Source of the DNA: Candidatus Micrarchaeia archaeon
Lineage (GTDB): Archaea > Micrarchaeota > Micrarchaeia > CABMEP01
Assembly (NCBI GenBank): GCA_038874185.1
Contig: JAVZCX010000002.1
Span: 1-45,524, forward strand
Direction: 5' to 3'
Length of the DNA: 45,524 bases
Shown here in pieces: positions 38,344-45,524 of the stretch. The notes beneath the pieces are model-generated. The model was not told the DNA's origin. It made no database searches and saw only the letters and a list, made by a program, of their open reading frames with translations. Position numbers and translations under genes: made by a program. Numbering within the stretch: the first letter of the stretch is position 1; each line of letters starts with the position of its first letter.

Positions 38344-38694
38344 ATGTCTATGAAGCAAGCGATAGTTTTTAGGGAAGATATAAAATTAGGGAAAGGGAAA
38401 TTGGCAGCACATGCAGCACATGCAGCAATAACTGGTTTTCTTATGGTAGAAAAAAAAGACAAAAAAATAATTTCTGAATGGCTAAATTCAGGTCAGAAGA
38501 AAATAACACTCAAAATCAAATCAGAAGAAGAATTAATCTCTCTTTATCAAAAAATTAAAGACAAAATACCTTGCCAATTAATTCGAGACGCAGGCCTTAC
38601 CCAAATAGAACCAGGAACGATAACATGTTTAGTAATAGGGCCATGGTATGATGAAGAAATAGATGATTATACAAAAGATTTGAAATTATTGTAA
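38344..38694 (+). CDS. pth2: Peptidyl-tRNA hydrolase, archaeal type (Pth2)
   Basis: KQAIVFREDIKLGKGKLAAHAAHAA, DAGLTQIEPGTITCLVIGP. Confidence 0.92.
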   Translation: MSMKQAIVFREDIKLGKGKLAAHAAHAAITGFLMVEKKDKKIISEWLNSGQKKITLKIKSEEELISLYQKIKDKIPCQLIRDAGLTQIEPGTITCLVIGPWYDEEIDDYTKDLKLL

Positions 38695-39057
38695 TTTTTC
38701 ATCTGAATTTAAACTTTTTTCTTCTTTTAATTTGTCCTTCTTTAGATTATCTTCAGAATCAAAATTTCCTTCCATTATGATAGAAGTTAATGATTTTATG
38801 CTTTCTGCAACTTTAATTCCTTTTTGCGTAAGCATAACATATCTGAATTTTTTTTCTTTATGGGTCGTTAAAAGACCCAATCTTTCAAGCCTTTTCAATT
38901 CATCCATAACATATACGAAACTCAAGCCCGTTTTTCTACTTAAATCACTCACAGTCCATTTTTCTTCTTGGATTAATGTAGCTAATATAATACCTGGGCT
39001 TTTAATAAAAATACTTATTGATAGATCTTCATTTCCTTCAACAGCTTGATTTGCCAT
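38686..39057 (-). CDS. Winged-helix transcriptional regulator (ArsR/MarR-like)
   Basis: WTVSDLSRKTGLSFVYVMDELKRLERLGLLT is an HTH-plus-wing pattern. It converges on pth2 with a 9-nt overlap. Confidence 0.6.
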   Translation of the reverse strand: MANQAVEGNEDLSISIFIKSPGIILATLIQEEKWTVSDLSRKTGLSFVYVMDELKRLERLGLLTTHKEKKFRYVMLTQKGIKVAESIKSLTSIIMEGNFDSEDNLKKDKLKEEKSLNSDEKLQ

Positions 39058-39119
39058 AAATATTGGAAAGAAGCAATATTTTTAAATATATTATTACATA
39101 ATAATTTAGAGGCGATGAT

Positions 39120-39437
39120 ATGTCAATCCGCTTAAGCAAACTATATGGAATGGATATATTTTCCGATGCAGGAAAATATCTAGGAAAAGTATATGATATT
39201 ATTGTTGACGTGGAGAAGGGAGAAGTAGTGAGACTTACTCTTGAGAGCATCCACACAGCATCTAGAGAGGATGCACAGAGAATAATAAAAGAGAAAACTG
39301 TTCTATATAAAAATGTAAGATCCCTCGAAGATGTGATTGTGGTTTCAAAAGGAGCAGGACAAATGCAATACAGTTACACACCTTCTGTAGCATCAAAAGA
39401 AGACGAGGGAACTTCAAATCTTTCTTTCCTCAAATAA
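39120..39437 (+). CDS. PRC-barrel domain protein
   Basis: LYGMDIFSDAGKYLGKVYDIIVDVEKGEVVRL is typical of archaeal PRC-barrel proteins. Confidence 0.7.
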   Translation: MSIRLSKLYGMDIFSDAGKYLGKVYDIIVDVEKGEVVRLTLESIHTASREDAQRIIKEKTVLYKNVRSLEDVIVVSKGAGQMQYSYTPSVASKEDEGTSNLSFLK

Positions 39438-39539
39438 TTTAATTTATTTTTATTTTTTAATTCTGTTTTTAATTCTATTTTTATTTTTCTATTTGTAAAT
39501 TTACACATAGTTTTTTAAATTAATCACCCATATTATTTT

Positions 39540-40130
39540 ATGTTCATTGCATTCGAAGGAATAAACGGCTCAGGTAAAACTAAGCACGTTCATGCGTTTA
39601 TTTCAGAGCTTAAGAAGCAGGGAAAAAAGGTAAAGCTTTACGAATATCCAGATAAAGCGGGAGTATTCGGAAGGCCGATTAAAAATTTTTTAAATAAAGA
39701 GGTGGAAATTTCCTCAGAATCGCAATTTTTACTGTTTCTTGCAGACATTATGAAAGATCAGGAATCAATTAAAAAGGATCTAGAAAAAGGATACTGGGTT
39801 CTTGCAGATAGGTATGTGTTTACTACTATCGCATTTCAAAGAATAAACTATTCAAAAGCAAAAGACCTCATCAATACCATCGGAGTGATAAAACCAGACT
39901 ACGTAGTTTATCTTTCCATCTCTCCAGATGTGGCAATAGAGAGGATAAAAGGAAAGAAACGCTATACTAGGTTCGAGAGAGATGAAGAATTTCTAGTCAA
40001 GGCAAATTTAAGGTATAAAGAGCTTGCAAGTGAAAAATTTCTCTCAAAATGGATAACTATTGAAACTGTGAAGCCTTTTGAAGAAGTAAGACAAGAATTA
40101 GTGAAAAAAATACTTAATCATCGAGATTAA
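39540..40130 (+). CDS. tmk: Thymidylate kinase
   Basis: FIAFEGINGSGKTK P-loop and a DRY motif (LADRYVFT), with a lid region. Confidence 0.85.
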   Translation: MFIAFEGINGSGKTKHVHAFISELKKQGKKVKLYEYPDKAGVFGRPIKNFLNKEVEISSESQFLLFLADIMKDQESIKKDLEKGYWVLADRYVFTTIAFQRINYSKAKDLINTIGVIKPDYVVYLSISPDVAIERIKGKKRYTRFERDEEFLVKANLRYKELASEKFLSKWITIETVKPFEEVRQELVKKILNHRD

Positions 40131-40208
40131 AATTTTAACAGTAAAAAGAAAGGAAGGTATTTATTTCTTTTTGTGTATATTATATTCTAAGTGTTCTATT
40201 TCTTTCAA

Positions 40209-40283
40209 GCTCCGATCGTCTAGCCCGGTCAAGGACGCAGCCCTTTCAAGGCTGAAACTCGGGTTCAAATCCCGATCGGAGCA
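40209..40283 (+). tRNA. tRNA-Glu(UUC), no intron
   Basis: GCTCCGA-TC-GTCT-AGCCCGGTCAA-GGAC-G-CAGCC-CTTTCAA-GGCTG-AAAC-TCGGG-TTCAAAT-CCCGA-TCGGAGC-A. Confidence 0.92.
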
Positions 40284-40434
40284 CTAATTATTTAATTACT
40301 ATAAATAAAAATCACTATTTTCAACTATTTATTAAGGAATTTGATAGAAACAATATGAGAAAAAGTTCACTAAATCAAAATAAAAACACAAAAAATCAAA
40401 AACAAAGGAAAGATAAAAGAAGAAAACAAAAAAA

Positions 40435-41649
40435 TCAGCTGAATAACAGTTTAAGATAGAATAGAGGAGAAGAGAAGTTCTTCTTTGATTCCTCGCTTAC
40501 TATCATAGATGTAATTTCCTTCTTTATTTCTGGATTCCTTGCCGCTTTATCTATCACTAAGTTGAGAAGGAATTCAATCTTTCCTAATCTCTGTAGTAAG
40601 TAGCTCATCTCAAGCTCGCTCTTTAGCTCTCTTTTTATTTCTTCTTCATATTCGCTTAATATTTTCTTGCTATAAACGCCCATTCTGAGTGCTTTGCTTA
40701 TAGTTCTGAAAGCCAGCTTTCCGCTAAGCATTGCATTACCCATTCCCTCTCCAGAGAAAGGATCTATTAAAGAGGCTGCATCTCCAATTAAAATCCATCC
40801 ATCTCCAGCTATATGTTTTCTTATCTTTGAACCCAATGGAAGGTTCCATCCTTTGATCTCGCTTATTAGTCTTGCGTTTTTGAATCTTTCCTTAAACATT
40901 GGGTTTTCTTTAATCTCCTTTTCCATCAGTTCTTTGAGATTGATGTTCTTAGCCTTTACATCTTTTGTAAGCATCCCTAATCCTACATTTGCAGTTCCGT
41001 CTTCGTATGGGAATATCCAGAAGTAGCCAGGTATTGCTGTTTTTGTAAAGTGAAGCTCTATAACATCCTTCATTCCAGTTACTCCATCATAATATCCTCT
41101 TACTGCGACACAATGGTGGGCTGGATCAACTTCAAACAAACCCAATTTCTGTGCGACAACCGACATTGCTCCGTCTGCACCAACTACAATGCTTGAGTAG
41201 TATCTTTGCTCTTTTCCGTTCTTGTCTTTTCCTACAATTCCTATTACCTGTTCTCCATCTTTGATTAAATCAGTGACAGTGAATTCTTCTAGTGTGTCAA
41301 CATATTTCTTTGCTGCCTTGAATATAAGATTGTCAAGTATCTCTCTTCTGCATACAAACCCGTCTTGGCCTTCAGTCCTGATCTCAAGGATTGTTCCTTT
41401 CGGCGATGAGAATATTACTCCATTGTTGACTCCATGCGCAACTTTCTTGATTTCAGGAAGAATTCCTAATTCCCTGAGAACAGAGATAGATTTTCCACTG
41501 CAAGCATCTCCACAAGTCTTGTCTCTTGGAAATTTTGCCTTGTCAACCAAAAGCACCTTTCTTCCTTCTCTTCCCAGGAAGTTTGCACATACAGAGCCAG
41601 CAGGCCCTGCGCCTACGATAATTACATCATATTTGTTAGTAATTGCCAT
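40435..41649 (-). CDS. Geranylgeranyl reductase family flavoprotein (archaeal lipid saturase-like)
   Basis: YDVIIVGAGPAGSVCA FAD fold, DKTCGDACSG, LIGDAASLIDPFSGEG. Confidence 0.88.
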   Translation of the reverse strand: MAITNKYDVIIVGAGPAGSVCANFLGREGRKVLLVDKAKFPRDKTCGDACSGKSISVLRELGILPEIKKVAHGVNNGVIFSSPKGTILEIRTEGQDGFVCRREILDNLIFKAAKKYVDTLEEFTVTDLIKDGEQVIGIVGKDKNGKEQRYYSSIVVGADGAMSVVAQKLGLFEVDPAHHCVAVRGYYDGVTGMKDVIELHFTKTAIPGYFWIFPYEDGTANVGLGMLTKDVKAKNINLKELMEKEIKENPMFKERFKNARLISEIKGWNLPLGSKIRKHIAGDGWILIGDAASLIDPFSGEGMGNAMLSGKLAFRTISKALRMGVYSKKILSEYEEEIKRELKSELEMSYLLQRLGKIEFLLNLVIDKAARNPEIKKEITSMIVSEESKKNFSSPLFYLKLLFS

Positions 41650-41811
41650 TTTTTCACCTACAAATAGATAACATTATATGTAATTCAAAACAGATCACAG
41701 AACATATTCTGTGAATAATATAATATGCAAATAAAGGAATATAAATATATCATATTGTCCAAAATAGCTTACGCTAGGGAAATATAATTTAAAAGAAAAA
41801 TAAGAAGATAG

Positions 41812-41832
41812 GTTTGAACGAAAGACACGAAG
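41812..41832 (-). repeat. 3' strand of the 23S rRNA processing stem
   Basis: gtttgaacgaaagacacgaag is the perfect reverse complement of 45081..45101. The two arms bracket the 23S gene. Confidence 0.8.
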
Positions 41833-42238
41833 AAATTTGTGAGTAAGGAGATTTAGTATCAGCTGGCTCGCAGCTCGCGTAAGCTCGCTGCTTACACCAC
41901 TGACCTATCAAACGGGTCTGCTACCCGCTCTCACGTCTGCCTAGTTTTGGGCAATCCTTCGACCTTAGATGCTTTCAGGTCTTATGATTTGGCGCGTGGC
42001 TGCCCGGCAATGCTTTTTACAACCGGTATACTAGAGGCGCCCGTCCCATGTTCCTCTCGTACTAGTGGGGCGCTCCCCTCAGGCAGATGCAATCCTAGTA
42101 GATACTACCGTACTGTCTCGCGACGTACTGAACCCAACTCGTGTATCTCTTTAATGGATGAACAAACCAACCCTTGGGCGCTCCTGCACGCCCAGGATGA
42201 GATAGGTCGACAGCGATGTACCAAGCCGCGGGGTCGAT

Positions 42239-42283
42239 ATGTACGCGACAGACTAGCGTTCTAACGAAGACTAAGCTGTCGCA
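42239..42283 (-). other. 45-nt insertion at the tip of 23S helix 89 with BHB geometry (putative mini-intron)
   Basis: RNA sense: CGA-GA-GTAC-[CCT]-GCGACAG...CTGTCGC-GTAC-[ATA]-TCG. A 4-bp central helix is flanked by two 3-nt bulges on opposite strands. Removal gives a loop of the same length as the E. coli GAGUUCAUAUCGAC segment. Confidence 0.6.
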
Positions 42284-42309
42284 GGGTACTCTCGCCCGCG
42301 ACGAGCCTG

Positions 42310-42406
42310 TTTTGGGTCTTCACAGCTACAGAAAAGGACAACAAAAATACGATATGAAATATCGGAGAGGAGTGTATGTCCAGGTGATGTGGTGCAACTG
42401 AGAAGA
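42310..42406 (-). other. About 95-97-nt insertion inside the peptidyl-transferase ring sequence GGGAUAAC of 23S (putative intron; boundaries within about 3 nt)
   Basis: RNA sense: ACCTCGGGGGTAA|TCTTCTCAG...CTGTGAAGACCCAAAA|CAGGCTCG, against E. coli CUCCGGGGAUAACAGGCUG. The flanks pair as GGGT-[AAT]-CTTCTCAG / CTGTGAAG-ACCC. Confidence 0.6.
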
Positions 42407-42533
42407 TTACCCCCGAGGTAACTTGTCTGACAGACTGAGCCCTTAACAAAAGGATTTCAGTGTTCGTTAAGCCCGGCTTTCGCCTCTGCGTCCCACGCTT
42501 TTAAGAACACAGTCAGCCCTGCATTTCTCTTTA

Positions 42534-42694
42534 ACCGTCTTCACCCGACGTTCAGTGGCCGCACGATGATATGCGTCATTCGCTGTTCAACCTCATCACT
42601 AAATCGCACTAGGATTGTGCAATGCGTTTACAACGCATGCACATTCGTCCGCAAGACGAATTGTGCGTCAGAGGTTGTTCATTATATCATCCGC
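42534..42694 (-). other. About 161-nt structured insertion in 23S domain V (intron or expansion segment)
   Basis: Lies between CATGGTG and TAAAGAGAAATGCAGGGCTGACTG, which are contiguous in E. coli (UUAGUG|CAAUGGCAUAAGCCAGCUUGACUG). Its core is closed by the 8-bp stem GATGATAT/ATATCATC (42684..42691 / 42565..42572), with nested helices CAACCTC/GAGGTTG and CGCAC/GTGCG and two hairpins. Confidence 0.5.
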
Positions 42695-45080
42695 CACCAT
42701 GCGGTCATTTCTGACCGGGTTGAGCAGAGCTTTGGGCGCCCTTATTTCCTTATTGAGGGCGTACTGCCCCAGCCAAACTATCCACCTGCCGCTGTCCCCT
42801 TTCAGGTAAGAAACACAAGGATTGAAGAGTGGTGTTACACTTTTGCATCCACCTCAGCCGCAACCGAGGTTTCTACGCTCCCACTTACGCTCTGCAACAA
42901 TCCCTGAATTCCAACAACAGGCTATAGTAAAGTTCTACGGGGTCTTCGTTTCCCACTAGGATTCCTCCGCATATTCACGGAGCAGTGAGTTCACTAGGTC
43001 CCTCGTTGGGACAGTGGGAGAGTCGTTATGCCCTTCATGCAAGTCGCCAATTAAGCGACGAGGTATTACGCTACCTTAAGAGGATCAGAGTTATCCCCGC
43101 TCTTCGCCAGCCCTTAAATCCCTTGGACGAGATGTTCGGGTACTGGTAGTGAGCAGGCATCGGCAACCATACAAGACGTTTCCATTTTGCGGTTACCTGT
43201 GTTTTTGATAAACAGTCGCTCTCCCCTTGTTACTGAGACCTGCACATGCACCTTAAGATACAAGCGCAGGCAACCCTTATACCGAAGATACGGGTCTAAT
43301 TTGCCGAATTCCCTGACGAGAGTTCCCCTAACACGCCTAAGCTTTTTCAGCTAGCCACACTTGTACTAGTTCTAGGTACGGTCATAATGGATCGGATAGG
43401 ACCACTTTTCACGGATCCAAGGTCTCAACAGAACCCCCAAACGAGGGCTATTCGCGCCTTATACTGCTTCTCCTCATAACGAGACTCCACAGCACTATGT
43501 CGCTTGAACAAGGTCTCCCTTGCTCTGCCTAACCTCAGATGTCATGTTCCTACCTTGCGTTGCCGCGTCTACCACTATGGTACAGGAATATTAACCTGTT
43601 TCCCATTCGTCCCCTAGTAATTAGCTGGGGCCTTAGGACCGACTAACTCTTGGCTGACAAACGTTGCCAAGAAAACCGTGGGCTTTCGGCGTACTGGATT
43701 CTCACCAGTATTTGCTGCTACTAACTCCAGGATATTTATTGCAATACAGTCCATTGGAGCTCACGCCCCAACTTCTCTCTGTACCGCACACCTCCCTACC
43801 GGATCACACCTTTCGGGTGTGCCCTTGGGTCTCAGCATCCAGCTTTAGTCCCGTACATTTTCGGCCTGTATATTTCTCCCAACAAAGTTGGTGTCGAACG
43901 GTCCGCTATTACGCGTTGCTTAGACGATGGCTGCTTCTAAGCCTACGTCCCGTCTGTCTAGAAATACACATTCCTTGTGTCTTCACACTTAGCTGGAGTT
44001 TAGGGGCTTTAACCCAAGACTCGTTCGTTCACGTCACGGCTCGTCAGCTTACCCGACGAAACCCGACTCCCTGCTTCTACGATGATTGTAGATTCGGAGT
44101 TTGACAAGAAAGCAGGCTCTTTCGAACCTATTCTTTCTAATCAGTGCTCTACCCCACAATCCATCTCCACAAGGGTCATCCTGAGGGATGCTTCGGGAGG
44201 AACCCGCTATCGCAATGCTCGATTGGACTTTCACCCCTACACAGAAGTCACCTAAGCAGATATACTAGCACTAGTTGCGGCCCTCCACCAGTCGTTAGAC
44301 CGGCTTCAGCCTGCTTCAGTGTAGATCGCAACCGTTTCGGGTCAGATAATAGTGACTAAACGCACTTTCGTACGATGCGCCTCGTTCAGCACTGCGCGCA
44401 ATCGCTTTCGCTTCGCCTCTCGGCTCGCCACTAATATCTACTCCCTGGATCTTGATTCGAGAAGTACGATACGATACTGGTCCAGAACCATCGTACAACA
44501 GCATTGCTGCTGCTTCCTTTTGATTCCTTCGTCCCTTTCATACCGTATCAACCTGTGACCATTCAGTTTCAGGCACTTTTAACACCCATTTCTGGGTTCT
44601 TTTCAACGTTCGCTCACGCTACTAATCCGCTATCGGTCTTGGCTACCTGTTTAGAATTGGATGTTGCTCCACCCAAATTCATACTGGATTACCAACCAGT
44701 ATTACTCTTTTCGTCTCCCTCCTCCACCTTTTGCTTACGGGGCTGTCACCCTGTTTCGCACAGCATTCCAGCTGACTTCAGCTCCAGTAAAGGATGGTTG
44801 AGACGCCCACATCTCCTATACATTACTGCACAGGATTCAGTTTGTTCTCTCCGGCTTTCGCTCGCCGTTACTTACCGGATCCCAATTGGTTTCTCTTCCT
44901 GCGGCTACTAAGATGTTTCAATTCACCGCGTGTTTACCTGTCTCCAGGCACACAGAGATCGACGGATCAATGCTTGCTTGCAGCTACCCGTCGCTTATCG
45001 CAGCTTGCCACGTCTGCTTGAAAACCAAGCCTGGCCATCCCCTGAATGGCGTAGCACTCACAAATACAGTGTTATCACTG

Positions 45081-45101
45081 CTTCGTGTCTTTCGTTCAAA
45101 C
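45081..45101 (-). repeat. 5' strand of the 23S rRNA processing stem
   Basis: cttcgtgtctttcgttcaaac pairs perfectly (21 bp) with 41812..41832. The hairpin CAGTG-ATAA-CACTG (45066..45080) lies between this stem and 23S helix 1. Confidence 0.8.
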
Positions 45102-45160
45102 TTATATTCGCATGATGCACGCATCATCCATTCGGAAGACGCGCTATGGACTCGGCGTGA

Positions 45161-45192
45161 ATTACGCACAGCCTCCCTTTAGGAGACCACGT
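45161..45192 (-). other. tRNA-Ala intron 2, 32 nt, non-canonical position 59/60 in the T loop
   Basis: GCGTG-TTCG-[AAA]-CGTGGTCTCC-TAAAG-GGAGGCTGTG-CGTA-[ATT]-CACGC. Cutting after the second nucleotide of each bulge yields the T loop TTCGAAT. Confidence 0.75.
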
Positions 45193-45214
45193 TTCGAACA
45201 CGCAGCCTCCTCCT

Positions 45215-45288
45215 ATCTTGGAAACTTTCTTATAAAGAAAGTTTCATCAAAGAAGTTCTTGATGAAACTTCTTTCCTAAGAAGTTTCT
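45215..45288 (-). other. tRNA-Ala intron 1, 74 nt, canonical position 37/38
   Basis: Canonical hBHBh' motif: CCTCC-TTTG-[CAA]-GAAAC...GTTTC-CAAG-[ATA]-GGAGG. The intron body contains three near-perfect hairpins. Confidence 0.85.
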
Positions 45289-45440
45289 TGCAAAGGAGGC
45301 GCTCTACCATTGAGCTACGAGCCCATGATCTATACTTCAGAATTCAATTACAACATTCCGTGCCTTGCTTGATGCGCTATGATTATAATTCATAACGAAA
45401 TGGAATTGTGCACACTTGAAACCAATTTAATTAATAAATT

Positions 45441-45524
45441 GGAGGTGATCTATCCGCAGGTTCCCCTACGGATACCTTGTTACGACTTAGCCCCCCTCAT
45501 AAAAACTTGGCTCGATACCATCAG
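45441..45524 (-). rRNA. rrs: 16S rRNA gene, 3' end only (continues beyond the window)
   Basis: The reverse complement reads ...AAGTCGTAACAAGGTATCCGTAGGGGAACCTGCGGATAGATCACCTCC, the universal SSU 3' terminus. Confidence 0.92.

Larger units (their letters stand above)
41835..45065 (-). rRNA. rrl: 23S rRNA gene (about 3.23 kb, ends approximate), carrying three insertions in domain V
   Basis: Reverse complements of conserved LSU strings are present: GGTGAATTGAAACATCTTAGTAG (44906..44928), AGTACGAGAGGAAC sarcin-ricin loop (42050..42063) and CTGAAAGCATCTAAG (41964..41978). The ends were set by 10-bp helix-1 pairing of 45056..45065 with 41835..41844. Confidence 0.9.
45147..45324 (-). tRNA. tRNA-Ala(UGC) in the 16S-23S spacer, with two introns (exons 45324..45289, 45214..45193, 45160..45147)
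   Basis: Spliced product: GGGCTCG-TA-GCTC-AATGGTA-GAGC-G-CCTCC-TTTGCAA-GGAGG-AGGCT-GCGTG-TTCGAAT-CACGC-CGAGTCC-A (72 nt). It carries the G3:U70 alanine identity pair. All four stems are perfect only after both inserts are removed. Confidence 0.85.

Noticed and set aside
40355-40459. 34-aa highly basic ORF (MRKSSLNQNKNTKNQKQRKDKRRKQKNQ...) downstream of tRNA-Glu
   Set aside because: It is A-rich and low-complexity, and it overlaps the 3' end of the geranylgeranyl reductase gene on the opposite strand. Nothing supports it as a gene.
41650-41811. Looked for a 5S rRNA gene downstream of 23S
   Set aside because: The 160-bp interval is AT-rich, with no 5S-like helices or conserved loops. 5S is presumably encoded elsewhere.
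45160-45191. Alternative reading of the tRNA-Ala 3' half, using the intron-internal GGGAGGCTGTGCG (a degenerate copy of the exon sequence GGAGGAGGCTGCGTG)
   Set aside because: This register gives a 5-nt loop (TAATT) with no TPsiC sequence and a mismatched stem. The two-intron model gives a perfect GCGTG/CACGC stem and a TTCGAAT loop.
41947-45279. About 20 ORFs of 60-146 aa in the ORF track, on both strands, between 41.9 and 45.3 kb
   Set aside because: They lie entirely inside the 23S rRNA gene, the tRNA-Ala gene or the spacer. Conserved rRNA strings run through them. They are spurious translations of structural RNA.
1-45524. Searched for CRISPR arrays, transposases/IS elements, integrases, toxin-antitoxin or other defence-island hallmarks
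   Set aside because: No regularly spaced direct repeats, no transposase- or integrase-like ORFs and no terminal inverted repeats were seen. The only mobile-type elements supported are the SRP54 intein and the RNA introns.

Overview
Low-GC archaeal chromosome segment, with gene content typical of a small-genome, DPANN-like archaeon. It is densely packed with information-processing genes. These include tRNA-splicing endonuclease, SRP54, family-B DNA polymerase, MetAP, TrmI-like methyltransferase, RtcA, TruD, aCPSF1, proteasome beta subunit and PAC2-like chaperone, Pth2, Tmk and a type IA topoisomerase. Envelope and lipid genes are also present: UppS, a Wzx-like flippase, a GT2 synthase, geranylgeranyl reductase, a type IV pilus-like ATPase with its platform protein, and two class III signal-peptide pilins. 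There is also a PAS histidine kinase / response regulator pair. RNA genes are four intron-less tRNAs (Leu-UAG, Thr-GGU, Pro-UGG, Glu-UUC) and the distal part of a minus-strand 16S-tRNAAla-23S operon. The most unusual content is RNA/protein splicing. (i) The spacer tRNA-Ala(UGC) has two introns, 74 nt at 37/38 and 32 nt at 59/60, and both fold into bulge-helix-bulge (BHB) motifs. (ii) The 23S gene is about 3.23 kb. By hand alignment it carries three domain V insertions of about 161, 95-97 and 45 nt. One of these interrupts the peptidyl-transferase ring, and together they account for the excess length. (iii) A 381-aa fused multi-unit EndA and an RtcA cyclase lie in the same window. (iv) SRP54 is split in its P-loop by a 613-aa LAGLIDADG intein. 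No CRISPR array, transposon or recognisable defence island was seen. All calls come from reading the sequence and ORF track by eye. The rRNA alignments use my recollection of the E. coli 23S sequence, so those boundaries are approximate.
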